Positions 34,711-47,476 of a stretch of 64,000 nucleotides of DNA are shown one piece after another. The stretch is from Octopus sinensis (taxonomy: Eukaryota): NCBI RefSeq assembly GCF_006345805.1, contig NC_043004.1:51336001-51400000 (forward strand), in the 5' to 3' direction. Every line of letters begins with the position of its first letter. Positions within the stretch are counted from its first letter, which is position 1. Position numbers and translations under genes: made by a program. The notes beneath the pieces are model-generated. The model saw nothing but the letters and a program-made list of their open reading frames with translations, was not told the DNA's origin and did no database searches.

Positions 34711-35614
34711 AGCGCACGTAAAACCTAAACAACATTACAACAACATATACAATAAAAATTATATTATAAAAATTTCACTAACCTGTTGCGAACCTCTCTC
34801 GTAGTGTTGCTATCCATGTTCTCTGCTCTTCTGAAGAACTACCGTCCCACAATAAACTTGGTCAACAAACTGACATCAGTAAGTGTCTGCACGTGTATGC
34901 GCGTGTGTATGTGTGCGTGCGTGTGGTGTGTGTGTGTGTGTGTGTGTACATGCGTGTGTTTGTGTGCGTACGCGCATATGTTAGTATGCGTGTTGTACGC
35001 TATAGATGTATGTAGGAGAAATGCTTAACTTTGTGTCTGTGTGATTGCGTGTGTGTGTGTGTCTGACAATAGTGATGTGTATGTATGAATGTGCTTAGCG
35101 TGTATATCTGGATGTGTCTATGTGCGTATGTCATTGTGTGGGTCAGTGTGTGTGTGTGTGTGTGTGGTGTATGGAGAAATGATTAACTCCCACTATTTGT
35201 GTCACTATATGTGACTATTCAGTTATGTGTGTTAATGTGAATGTGTATGTATGCGAATGTGATTGCTGTGTGTGTATATGTGGACGTGATTGGCCTGTAA
35301 ATGTGAGTTTAATTGTGTGTGTGTATGAGTACGTGATTGATTGTAGTGCAAGTGGTCGTGTGCGTCAATTGCTGGTTTTAGTTTTTTGTTTTTTTTTGTT
35401 ACGTGGCTCAGTCATTAAGCTGCGGCTAGGCTGGAGTACCGACTTCAATGGTATAATAGTGTATTTCATCAATCCTAATCGCTAAGTTACGGGGCACATA
35501 AACACACCAGCGGTCAGTTGTCAAGCGATGATGAAAGGAGAAACACAGACACATACATATAAATACACACACAGAGATACACACACACACACACACAGAT
35601 ACACACACACATAT

Positions 35615-35743
35615 ATGTGAGTGGCTGTGTAGTAAGTAGCTTGCTTACCAACCACATGGTTCCACGTTCAGTCCCACTGCGTGGCACCTTGGGCAAGTGT
35701 CTTCTGCTATAGCCTCGGGTCGACCAAACCTTGTGAGTGGATT
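35615..35743 (+). mobile_element. SINE family A head, truncated by the gap
   Basis: gagtggctgtgtagtaagtagc...gtgagtggatt followed by Ns. Confidence 0.85.
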
Positions 35744-35843
35744 NNNNNNNNNNNNNNNNNNNNNNNNNNNNNNNNNNNNNNNNNNNNNNNNNNNNNNNNN
35801 NNNNNNNNNNNNNNNNNNNNNNNNNNNNNNNNNNNNNNNNNNN
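35744..35843. other. Assembly gap (100 N)
   Basis: Exactly 100 N, typical of a gap of unknown size. Confidence 0.98.
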
Positions 35844-35959
35844 ACGATGTGTTACCGCTACTGTATATAACTCACTTTATATTTATCATGTTTAATTTCA
35901 CTTTTTCATATCAGCGACAGTGGACGCTGGAAAAAGTATAAGTATTTGTGAAGGAAATC

Positions 35960-36195
35960 TAATTCTCGCCGACAACTATGATTGTCACACGCTGACGAGA
36001 GGTCAATACCTCGAAACTCGAGTCCGTGTGTATCATAAGTTGAAGACGGGAAGGATGACTTCCCTTTGCAAATACTGACAGGACACAGAAAGTGTGTTAT
36101 GGCCAGCTGGAGGAGTGTGTCCTCCTGGGGCTCTAAAACTACAGTAGCATCCACCCTTAGGGGTAGCCATATTGAGATGGCAAATATACGTCACA
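35960..36195 (+). repeat. Unclassified dispersed repeat (inverted copy at ~62420-62690)
   Basis: Shared ctttgcaaatactga...gccagctggag...cctggggct...gcatccacccttag...ggcaaatatac. Confidence 0.6.
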
Positions 36196-36239
36196 TATAT
36201 ATATATATGTATGTATGTGTGGTTTGTGTGTTGTGTTGT

Positions 36240-36421
36240 CCCCTAGCATTGCTTGACAACCGATGCTGTGTTACTTACGTGCCCGTTACTTAGCGGTTCG
36301 GCAAAAGAGACCGATAGAATAAGTACTGGGCTTACAAAGAATAAGTCCCGGGGTCGATTTGCTCGACTAAAGGGCGTGCTCCAGCAGGGCCGCAGTCAAA
36401 TGACTGAAACAAGTAAAGGAG

Positions 36422-36422
<1 letters not shown>
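36240..36422 (+). mobile_element. SINE family A, 3' half
   Basis: Family A body and tail. Confidence 0.85.
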
Positions 36423-36501
<79 letters not shown>

Positions 36502-36514
36502 GTATATATATAAA

Positions 36515-36557
<43 letters not shown>

Positions 36558-36588
36558 TATATATTATATATATATATTATATATATAC

Positions 36589-36620
<32 letters not shown>

Positions 36621-37343
36621 AATTGCACTATCCTGTTTTAAAATATATTTTATAGATGAAAGAGTATTGTTTGTCAAACGGTTTCGCTTTCGCTAATCAT
36701 GACATTGAAATTATTGTACTTTCGTAGTTTCTTGAGAAGATTTTAGTCCATGTTTTATATGGATGTTTGTGAATGAATCAACCATTAGAAAAATCTAGTG
36801 GAAGGTAATTGGTGATCGTTATTATTCCGGATAGGGGAGGTAATTGCTCATTTTAGGGTGAGGGGATAAATAAGTATAAAAAAATTCAAAAGGCAAAGTA
36901 GTGAGTTCAAATATTTACAGTGAGGAGTATGTGAATACGAATTAAAATATATACTGAGACCAATCACATACACAACATGAACTAAAATCTTCTTAAGGAA
37001 ATACGAAATTACAATAATATCGATGTCAATATTAGCAAAAAAGAAACCGGTCGACAAACACATAACTCTTTTATTTTATATATATTTTTTTCCCATTACA
37101 ACTCACCACGTGTGGATAACTGAAATCCTCTTCCTCCATTTTTCCTACTACACACACACACATATATATATCCTTTATGAGATTAATTCCGAAATTGATT
37201 TAATATAGAGATAACGAAATTTAATTATTCTAACGGTTAGTTTTGCCCGACTTCAGTTAAATTTTACTGTAGCAAGTGGATTATATGTGGAAAATCAGTA
37301 TATTGGCTTTGGAATAATCTTCTTTAGCCTTGCTTATAAGTTG

Positions 37344-37402
<59 letters not shown>

Positions 37403-37512
37403 ACACCACAAATAGACGTAGAACTCAACGAGAAACGAAAACGTAAAAACAAACGTGGAAACGGACCTAAACGAAGAAAACAGAGTACAAGACAAACTAC
37501 ACAAGGAAAAAT

Positions 37513-37574
37513 CCCCTTCATCAGCTGTCCCTATGTTCAACTCCAGCGTGTTTCGAAGGTGAGGACAGAACACG
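37513..37574 (-). ncRNA. Hammerhead ribozyme core in non-circularly permuted order (copy P2)
   Basis: CGTGT-T-CTGTCC ... CCTTC-GAAA-CACG ... GGACAG-CTGATGA-AGGGG: stem III ACACG/CGTGT, stem I CTGTCC/GGACAG, GUU site. Confidence 0.55.
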
Positions 37575-37689
37575 ACTCGTGGAACTAGTCCTTCCTGAGA
37601 AGGAATTAAATAAAATTACTTCCTTGTTTTTACCCCTCTGCGAAGTAATTTTATTTAATTCCTTCGCAGGAAAGACTAGTTCCACGAGT

Positions 37690-37749
37690 CGCGTTCTGTC
37701 CAACCTTCGAAACACGCTGGAGTTGAACTAGGGACAGCTGATGAAGGGG
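37690..37749 (+). ncRNA. Permuted hammerhead core (copy P1)
   Basis: Mirror of P2 with one A-C mismatch in stem III. Confidence 0.5.
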
Positions 37750-38037
37750 ATTTTTCGTTGTGTAGTTTGTCTTGTACTCTGTTTTTTTCGTTTAGGTCCG
37801 TTTCCACGTTTGTTTTTACGTTTTCGTTTCTCGTTGAGTTCTACGTCTATTTGTGGTGTCCTGTACTCACGTATATATATTTATATATGCATGTATATAT
37901 ACATGTAGATGTAGGTACGTAAATATATGTATGTATGTATGCATATATTTTATTTATTACACTATTGTATGACTGAGCGCCCTCGCGTCGATTCGATTCG
38001 ATTTCGTTTCGTTTCATCTCCTCCAAGTAAGTTTTGT

Positions 38038-38122
<85 letters not shown>

Positions 38123-38539
38123 CATACATACATATGTATGTATGTGTGTATGCATGTATGTATGTATGTATGTATGTATGTACGTATGTATGTATGTGTA
38201 TATATGCATGTAAGTGTAATTTGTTTTGCACATAAAATTGTGAAGTGCTACACTCACGTCTCCGCGCGCGCGCACAGACACGCGCACACAGAAACATACA
38301 CACACATACACACACTCAGATTCTCACTGTTACACTCATACATGCACACACATCTCAAGTGGGTATCGCACTATCATAATTGGTTGTACACATAGAAGCA
38401 TTTATGTGCGTATGCGTATGTGTATGAGCGTCTGTGTGTGTGTGTTTGTTTATTAGTGTGGAAGCGTGGGTGGATGTATGTAAGTACGTTGTGCTTATAG
38501 CTTCGAATGTGAGGCTGTATGTAAGTATGTGTGTGTGTG

Positions 38540-38752
38540 TATTCTTTCTTTTTTATTCTTTTACTTGTTTCAGTCATTTGACTGCGGCCATGCTGGAGCA
38601 CCGCCTTTAGTCGAGCAAATCGACCCCGGGACTTATTCTTTGTAAGCCCGGTACTTATTCTATCGGTCTCTTTTGCCGAACCGCTAAGTAACGGGGACGT
38701 AAACACACCAGCATCGGTTGTCAAGCAATGCTAGGGGGACAAACACAGACAT

Positions 38753-38787
<35 letters not shown>

Positions 38788-38961
38788 TATATATACATAT
38801 ATACGACAGGCTTCTTTCAGTTTCCGTCTACCAAATCCACTCACAAGGCTTTGGTCGGCCCGGAGCTATAGTAGAAGACACTTGCCCAAGGTGCCACGCA
38901 GTGGGACTGAACCCGGAACCATGTAGTTGGTTAGCAAGCTACTTACCATACAGCCACTCCT
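38540..38961 (-). mobile_element. SINE family A
   Basis: Full-length match to family A. Confidence 0.9.
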
Positions 38962-39254
38962 GTGAATGTGTGAATGAGTGTGAATGTGTGTTTGTGTGGT
39001 GTGAATGAGCGTGGTAATATGGGTGCGCGTGTGGTTGAGGACTGCGTCAACTTAAGAGTAGCAGATGCAAATTAAGGTGTGAATCATCATTTTTGTCAAC
39101 GTTATCATCATCATCATCAACTTCATCATCATCATCACCACCTTTGCTACCAACATCACTACTATCATCACCGGTACCGTATCACCACCACCACCACCAC
39201 CACCACCACCACCACCACCACCACAAACACTATCATCATCACCACCATCATCAT

Positions 39255-39463
39255 CATTAACGTGCAAGTGGCTGAGTACTCCGCAGACACGCGTACCCTT
39301 GGTGTAGTTCAGCAGGACAGAAAATATGACTCATTTTTACCCGTCGATTGGACCAGAGCAACGTGAAATAAAGTGTCTTGCTCAATGACACAACTCCCCA
39401 CCAGGAATCAAACTCACGACCATACGATAATGAGCCCTGGCCCTAACCACGACGCCACGCGCC
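39255..39463 (-). mobile_element. SINE, family C-related variant
   Basis: tRNA-like head on the minus strand; body shared with ~47915-48130 (+). Confidence 0.65.
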
Positions 39464-39489
39464 TTCACATTCTCCAATCTGCTTAAAGT

Positions 39490-39760
39490 CATCATTTCAT
39501 CATTGTTCGACCGTGGTCGAGACAATGGAATTTACCATGCTACGCCAGACTTCACGGTCCATCATGGCATTACGGAGGTCCTGTTGCTGGATGATTACAT
39601 CAGAGTAGGAGAGTGTGCGCCCTCTGGTATTGCGAGTAGATGGCTTCCAGAGGAGAAGAGTAGAAATTACCTCTTTTTCAGCTCTACAACAATGTCCAGC
39701 TTAAAGTAGCTGCATTCACTTTGAAATCATTCCCACCGCAATCATTTCCACCGTTTGACA
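39490..39760 (-). mobile_element. RTE-type LINE 3' fragment
   Basis: Translates GHCCRAEKEVISTLLLWKPSTRNTRGRTLSYSDVI...LRNAMMDREVWRSMV, followed by an atgatg tail. Confidence 0.75.
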
Positions 39761-40224
39761 AATTGACAGACGGAAAGCTGATGTGAAACTTAATCCAGTA
39801 AGGTTAAATGAATGAAATGCTTGAGTAACACGATATGGTTGCTTTTAAAGTATGTTTGTGAAATATAAACTTTGGCCTTGTGGCGCATAGTCCTCTAGTC
39901 AGGGTGTTGCACTCACGATCGCGAGAGCCTATGTTCGATATCTGGGCTGGACGATACGTTGTCTTTGAGCAAAACGCTTCACCTCACGTTGCTCTCTAAT
40001 CATTTCGACATTTGATGTATGACCCACTGAACAACTGTTCAGTCAATGTCGATTTGATGGAGGTGGTGGGGTTAGTGTGTAGTCCATACATTTGATCACT
40101 ATAAACAAATCATCTGTGTGGGTTACTCAGCAATAGAATACGAGCAATCTTCTTTGTACTACAACTACAGCTGCTACTGCTGATGATGATGAAGATGCTG
40201 TGATTGTTGTCTTCATCATAAGTC

Positions 40225-40760
40225 TTGTATGCGTTCAGGGTCAAAGCAGTTCAAAACATGCTCCAATTCATCTCTGAGAACATTTAAGTTAGCCATGGGA
40301 AAGAACACTCGTGGACTTTGCTGGTCCATTTATGGGACATATGTTCTTAATTATTGTTGTAGCGTATTCAAAACGGATGGAAAGTCTGTACCATGAATTC
40401 GGTGTCTGACACAGTCATAGCGGGGGAAATTGAGAGGAATCCCCGCTACTCATGGTCTGCCTGTGATATTAGTTAGTGATAATGGACCGTGTTTCTTCAA
40501 CAAAGAGTTTGAATCGTTTATAGACTCGAGGATATATTCATTGCTCCGTATCACATATCCTCCAACGGCCGAGCGGAGCGCACTATTCGCACATACAAAG
40601 AAGCAATAAAAATGAGAGCGGGTGGGAAAACAACAGTCTCAGAACTAAAGTCTACAGGGTCTTGTTCTCATTCATAATTCCTTCCCACTCAACGACTGGA
40701 GCTTCTCCAGCTGAATTGTTTGTTGTCCAAACGCCAGTCACGGACCGCGGATGTGTTACG
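40225..40760 (+). pseudogene. Degenerate Ty3/Gypsy integrase fragment
   Basis: PWE...DFAGPFMGHMFLIIV, LVSDNGPCF and SNGRAERTIRTYK motifs, broken by frameshifts. Confidence 0.8.
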
Positions 40761-41060
40761 TAAGACTAATTTTTGAGGATCTGGTCAAAGACTTTGCAAT
40801 TACAAAAATTAAAAAGAGACAACTTTTCGAATATGAATAAAGCGGAAGTACACAAAAATAGATACTATTTCCCGTCTTACTCTTAGTTTTCTTTCATTTT
40901 ATTCTTTTACTTGTTTCAATCATTTGATCGTGACCATGCTGGAGCAACGCCTTAAAGAGTTTTTTTCGTCGAACAAATCGACTCTAGGTCTTATTCTTTG
41001 AGCTACTTTCATGTTTCAGGGCATATCATCGTCTAAATACACACACACACACGCACACGC

Positions 41061-41106
<46 letters not shown>

Positions 41107-41609
41107 GCTGCTATGATACTTTTGTGTGTATACATATGTTCGTAATTTTTGTATGTACATATGTGTGTATATAGATATGCATTTATGTGTGTGGGTATAT
41201 ACATACATACGTACATACGCACATACATACGCACATACATACGCACATACATACGCACATACATACATAATGTTTGTACACATGTGTGTGTGTATAGATA
41301 GACAGATATGTTTCTTTATTAGCCACACAGGGCTGCACACAGACAGGACAGATTACAAGGTAGAGCTTTTCTTTTGGGGATAAAAAAAGGGGGTTTGGTT
41401 TTCGATCAAAAGGGATCGTAAAAGGAAAGAAAGAGGACAAAAAGGGGGTGGATAAAAAATAATAAAAAAAAGGGGGGAGGAAGATAGATAGATAGATAAT
41501 ATGTGAGTTCCTGTTTGTGAATGTGTGCGTATGTATGCATTATATGCATATATGAGTGTGTATATGTATGTAATGGCCGAGGTGCGTGTTCTCCGTCGGG
41601 TCACCAATT

Positions 41610-42466
41610 TGTAACGATCGTGTGATGTGAGATGACGAGAATGGCTCTTTAGTGCATCGCACGGCCTATTCAATAGATGGAATTGGATAGAACAGATAAG
41701 TGCCAGATGGAAAAGGAAACATAGAATAATGGACAGGCTGTCGTGAGATCAAAATGCAGGTGTACGTAAGCATAGATGTATGCACGTGTGAAGAACATTT
41801 AAGGATGGCAATGAAGGGGACAGTGAAAGGGTCTATAGCCATCGAAATGAGAAGTAAGTTCATAGACACAAGTAAGATGAATAATACCAGTTTGTAGTCA
41901 ATCGTACGTGGTAGTTGAAATACCGTGTCAAGAAGTTGCTGCCATGATACTAAGACAGTTACAGGTACATATCGGCGGCGAGCTGGCAGAAACATTAGCA
42001 CGCCGGGCGAAATGCTGAGCGCTATTTCGTCTGCCGTTACGTTCTGAGCTCAAATACCGCCGTGGTCGACTTTGCCTTTCATCCTTTCGGGGTCGGTAAA
42101 TTAAGTACCAGTTACGCACTGGGGTCGATATAATCAACTTAATCCGTCTGTCTGTCCTTGTTTGTCTCCTCTGTGTTTAGCCCCTTGTGGGTAGTAAAGA
42201 AACAAGTTACAGGTACGTATCGTTCGTGAAGTCGTGGCTGTGATGCTGCAGCCAAGGTTTCTTGTACAGGAGCTCATGCTGGTCGTATGTTCACTGTTGA
42301 TCCGTGGTGAAATAATTCATGAACAGTGAGCTGTTGAAACCTGGGTGAATTGCTTGCTGAACTGTGTACGAAGAGAGATGATGCTGACGACGTTAAGGAC
42401 GTGATGACAGCAGCGAAAACTGAGGTTGCAGTAATGCTGTTGCACGAAGTTGGTTAAGTCTCAACA
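41610..42466 (-). mobile_element. 5' LTR (TG...CA) with tRNA-Trp primer-binding site, interrupted by a SINE B
   Basis: Minus strand TGTTGAGAC...GATCGTTACA then aatTGGTGACCCGACG, complementary to the eukaryotic tRNA-Trp 3' end apart from one missing C. The LTR start is less certain than its end. Confidence 0.55.
41975..42204 (+). mobile_element. SINE family B with 18-bp TSD
   Basis: TSD agttacaggtac(a/g)tatcg at 41957-41974 and 42205-42222. Confidence 0.9.
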
Positions 42467-42967
42467 CTTGGTAGAGATTTTGTCTGGTGTGGTCGATTGA
42501 ACTGCCTGTGTTTTTCTGTTCAGTAGCTAGACATTTAAAGGTCTGGAACCAAAGACTTTGGAAGGAGGAAAAGCTAAGTTTTTATAAAGAACTGTAGGCT
42601 CAAAATAGGGTAGGGAACAGGTTGTTCCAAGTGATTCTAGTTAGGGATCCCAACTGTTTATGCACGGCAAGTTGGCACGACAGAGTAAGAGACAAATTGC
42701 GCCAATACCAACCAATCAGAGTAGTGGAAGCAACAGGATCCAAACAGCGGCCAAAGGCTAGCTGTTCCCTGCTACGTTCGAATGCACGTATATATGATAA
42801 ATGGGAGAGGGGAATTTCACCCAAGTCTACGCTACATGTATATATGTATATATGTGTGTATATATGTATGTATGCACGTATTTATTCTTTGTCTACGTTC
42901 ATGTAAAACAGAGTCATTATTGGTGAGTTGATTGCTGATGTAAGAGAGAAAAGCGAAAGAGACACAC

Positions 42968-43385
42968 AGAGGAGTGGCTGTGTGGTAAGTAGCTTGCTAA
43001 CCAACCACATAGTTCCGGGTTCAGTCCCACTGCGTGGCATCTTGGGCAAGTGTCTTCTGCTATAGCCCCGGGCCGACCAATGCCTTGTGAGTGGATTTGG
43101 TAGACGGAAACTGAAAAAGAAGCCTGTCGTATATATATATATTTATGTATATATTTATTTGTGTGTGTGTGTGTTTGTGTGTCTGTGTTTGTCCCCCTAG
43201 CATTGCCTGAAAACCGATGCTGGTGTGTTTACGTCCCTGTTACTTAGCGGTTCGGCAAAAGAGACCGATAGAATAAGTACTGGGCTTAGAAAGAATAAGT
43301 CCCGGGGTCGATTTGCTCGACTAAAGGCGGTGCTCCAGCATGGCCGCAGTCAAATGACTGAAACAAGTAAAAGAGTAAAGAGTAT
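42968..43385 (+). mobile_element. SINE family A
   Basis: Full-length copy. Confidence 0.9.
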
Positions 43386-45879
43386 AGACAGAGAAGCAGG
43401 TTGACAGGGCGTGGGAAACAATTTTTTAAAAATGCAGCCGGAACGGTGGAACAGAAAAAAGTAGAATGTAACAACAACAATAACAATCAGCGACGGTAAA
43501 ATGCCCCCCCCTCCCGCAGACAATAAATACAAGGAAGTCTTCAATTGCTTCTACTTTCGTTTTCAGTTTTGCCACGGACTGTAATACCAAACGAATGATT
43601 AAAAAATGAAGGTTTTGTAAAAATAGCAGCAACAGATGTAGACAATGCAGCTATGTAAATACGTTGTTAGGTTCATCTTACGTAACTGGACGCAGACACG
43701 CTGAATTTAATATTGTTTATGTAAGTGTAAGGTAGTGAGTACATTGATGCAGGGGTTTTGGATTTGTGCCTATCGTTTTGCGTTTCATCCTGGCAATTTT
43801 ATGAAATCTTCATCAGTTTATCTTCTCACCAAGTTGTAATTAAAAGATATTTTTATCCTTTATTTCTCGATGTTTTCGTTTACACGCACGCACGCACGCA
43901 CACACACACACACACACATACACACACATTTGAAATTATACACCTTTGGAATTATACACCTGAAGTGATTAAATACCGGATCCTCAACCAAGAATTGAAA
44001 CCTCAGCCTGAATGTTTCTTCAAGCTTCTTTCCATTGTTCTTTGGATTTGCACTTAGAAATTTACGAGAGTCAATTGTTAACTTCCTGACCATCTTAGGT
44101 CAAGTTCAGTTCAACCGAGATACTCCACGAAATATTCTTATTGCTTTGACCCAGTTTAGTTATGAAATTGTTTCTAAATAGGAAATACTAAATAGAATTC
44201 TTCCCGTCTTTTACTTGGCACTTATCGCAGATGTAACATGCCTCCCTTTTATCCTCAGCGCTGTCTAGAGTTGAATCTCCTCGTCTTTACTCGGTGGTTT
44301 TCACCGAGTAACACGCCTTTATTACCTCCTCTACTCGGTTAACTGCAATTGAAGAATTAGATTTTTCTGTTATATTTTCTCTAATGAACTGGAATACCTA
44401 TGATTCGAATTTCATCAAAATTGCAGATGAGGGTTCGTTCCCTCATTACACACCCTAAAAATTTTTAATCATGACACATGTATCTCATACTACTGATTTT
44501 TATGGACAGATTACAAAATTCCAGTCTTATGGAACCTGTTAAAAGGATTTTGCTCCTGAAAACTGGAGGTCATGGAGCTGCAAAATGTGGGAGTTGAGGT
44601 GGGTGTCTTAATGTCAACCAGAGAAGTTAAGTTGTTGAAAATCTTTTTAACTTGGGTCTTATATGTATTGTTCGAATTTCTTTGAAATAGGAAATATATG
44701 TATGTTCAATGGGTTTGTAAAAGAGAGCAAAGCTACAGGAAACCAAAAGACGAATGATCCCAATAAGCAGTCAGCTACCCTACCCTAGTCGTTACTACTC
44801 CCCAATGTAGGATTCCTCACCATACAGGTGACAGTCACAGCCGTAAGCTGCATTACGGATGTATAGCAATTAGAAGGGCGTGACCCAATTCAAACATTAA
44901 CAAATGTGTGACGTGAGGCCTAAGGGGGAACGAAAATGTCACCTCTGGAGTTTGCAAATGACCACTATACCGATAGGTAACTGGACAGAATAAATTTACA
45001 ATCTATAAATGTTTATCAATAACCAGTCACTAATCTGGGAAGGCCTTGAAATCAATGTTACCATTAGGGGACTATGTGTGACCCAGTGATAATAAAAAGA
45101 CTCAAAGAGGTCTGCAACGAAATAAATTTACTGAACACTTGCAACTGAATCAGTGGAGGCAAAGATGCCTCTCATTTACTTTGCTCCTGAAAACTGGAGG
45201 TCATGGAGCTGCAAAATGTGGGAGTTAAGGCCCCTATTTGAGGTGGGTGTCTTAATGTCAACCAGAGAAGTTAAGTTGTTGAAAATCTTTTTAACTTGGG
45301 TCTTATATGTATTGTTCGAATTATATGTATTGTTCTAATTCACATTGCAATTCACATTGCAGAAATCACAATCTAAGTATATCTCAAAGCAAGCTCTTAA
45401 ACTGTTGTACCATTGAAATACAAATAACGCTCATCTTTTATGCTCGGGTGGCCCTACCGCTTCCAAGAGTGCAACTGCATTCGTCTTTGCTTAGATAAAA
45501 TGACTAAATTCAAACCAAACATACTGCATTATACCCGCCCTTAAGCATTGAATCTAAGTTCCAAATATCATGAGGATCCATTCATTAATTTTGGTCCATG
45601 AAATTGTATGAAACACGCAGCATTACCCTTCTCCCTAGGCTTAGATTTTGTGTTCTAAATTTCATTATGACCGGTAAATTTGGTTTTCGAATGTATAAGT
45701 AACACACGAACACATAAAGACATTGACTTGGATGAAATAGATATGAATATGCACATATACATACATGTATGAGTGCGTATTATATATATACACACACACA
45801 TACACAAAAAGATACATTGACAGATACAGCTGAGTGGGCAATCAAAAAAATGAAACACTGCCTAGTGCTTTTTTTTATT

Positions 45880-46200
45880 TTGATAAGCCTGGTACTTATT
45901 CTATCAGTTTCTTCTTGTCAAACCAGTAAGTTTTGAGGATGTAAATAAACGAACAGCAGTTGTGAAGCAGTGATGAGGGAAAAACACAGAGATAAAGACA
46001 CATACTAACACTTACATATATACATACATATATACACGATTGATTTCTTTCAGTTTCTGTCTACGAAATCCACTTACAAAGCTTTGGTTGGTCTGAGGCT
46101 ATAAGCAGAAGACACATGCCAAGTCACCACACAGTGGGACTGAACCCAGGACCATGTGTTTTGGAACCAAGTTTCTTACCGCACAGCCACACCTGCACCT
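45880..46200 (-). mobile_element. SINE family A, diverged
   Basis: Family A body and head. Confidence 0.75.
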
Positions 46201-46503
46201 ATGCATATGTGTGTGCGTGTATGTGTGTGTATGGGTGTATATATGTATGCATGTATATATGTGAATATATATGTGTACATATTACATGTACATCTATATC
46301 TATACATCTACACATATACATGTATACATATACATCTATATCTATATATAAACATCTATACATATACTTGTATACATATACATCTATATATCGATATATA
46401 TACATGTATATACATATACATATATATATATACATTTGTGCAGATTTTTACACACACACGCACACACACATATAATATATATATATATATGTGTGTGTGT
46501 GTG

Positions 46504-46547
<44 letters not shown>

Positions 46548-46822
46548 CATGTAATAGTTTCAGTATTAAAGTGAAAATATCTGACATAACAAGAGAGAGA
46601 TGTTATTCTTTCACTTTTGACACGTAATACTGAAATAGTAGAGAAGATATGATATTACTCGGGGCTCGCACTAGGCAAGAAGTTAAAAAAAATTTTGGCC
46701 TATGATACTACATGGACCCTAAGTAAGGCACATGTAAAATTTGAATGAAATTGGTTGTGTAGTTCTCAACTTTTAGGGATTCACATAGACACTCAGACAC
46801 ACATTCTCATCTTTATATATAC

Positions 46823-47010
46823 GCGCAGGAGTGGCTGTGTGGTAAGTAGCTTGCTTACCAACCACATGGATCCGGGTTCAGTCCTACTGTGTGGCATGTT
46901 GGGCAAGTGTCTTCTGCTATAGCCTCAGGCCGACCAAAACCTTGTGAGTAGATTTGGTAGACGGAAACTGAAAGGAGCCCGTCGTATATATGTATATGTG
47001 TATATATATA
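46823..47010 (+). mobile_element. SINE family A 5' half
   Basis: Head intact, ending at its internal (TA) tract where a Helitron begins. Confidence 0.8.
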
Positions 47011-47012
47011 TA

Positions 47013-47377
47013 CTAGCAGTATCGCCCGGCGTTGCTCAGGTTTGTAAGGGAAATAACTATAAAGCATTTTTAGAGAGTTATAGCCAAAAAATAGCAAAAA
47101 AATGGGAAAAAATGATGGTAAATTTTTTTGAGAGTAAAAAAGGTGGAGTTGCGTCCCCTAGACAGTTTGCGGTTTGTGTTTCTAATTCTCGACCCCATGT
47201 TGAATTTATCGATTTTTTTCAGAACTGGGGGAACTTTTCAAAATTTTCGCTGCGTTAGTTTTGAATTATGACATTGGGCTATGTGTGTGTCAAGTTTCAT
47301 CAGAATCGGTTGAAAGCCGTGGTCAGGGTGAGGGTACAAGCAAACAGACACACAGAAACACGCACAGACAAACTGCC

Positions 47378-47385
<8 letters not shown>
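47013..47385 (-). mobile_element. Helitron (family H2)
   Basis: CTAG|T 3' end with cccggcgttgctcagg hairpin; homologous to 15301-15823. Confidence 0.75.

Positions 47386-47476
<91 letters not shown>

Larger units (their letters stand above)
37400..37862. repeat. Palindrome (arms 37400-37622 / 37642-37862, 19-nt spacer) made of a dispersed repeat also present at ~62850-63170
   Basis: Arms are reverse complements with a few mismatches; the left arm ends in (TA)n. Confidence 0.9.

Noticed and set aside
37633-37749. Conventional type II hammerhead using CCCCT as stem II and the GAAAG at 37670
   Set aside because: The base after that GAAA is G and cannot pair with the G of the GUH strand in either subfamily. 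Only the inner GAAAC gives a stem III that covaries.
40225-42466. Gypsy integrase and LTR as one element
   Set aside because: They are on opposite strands, so they cannot be parts of one intact provirus.
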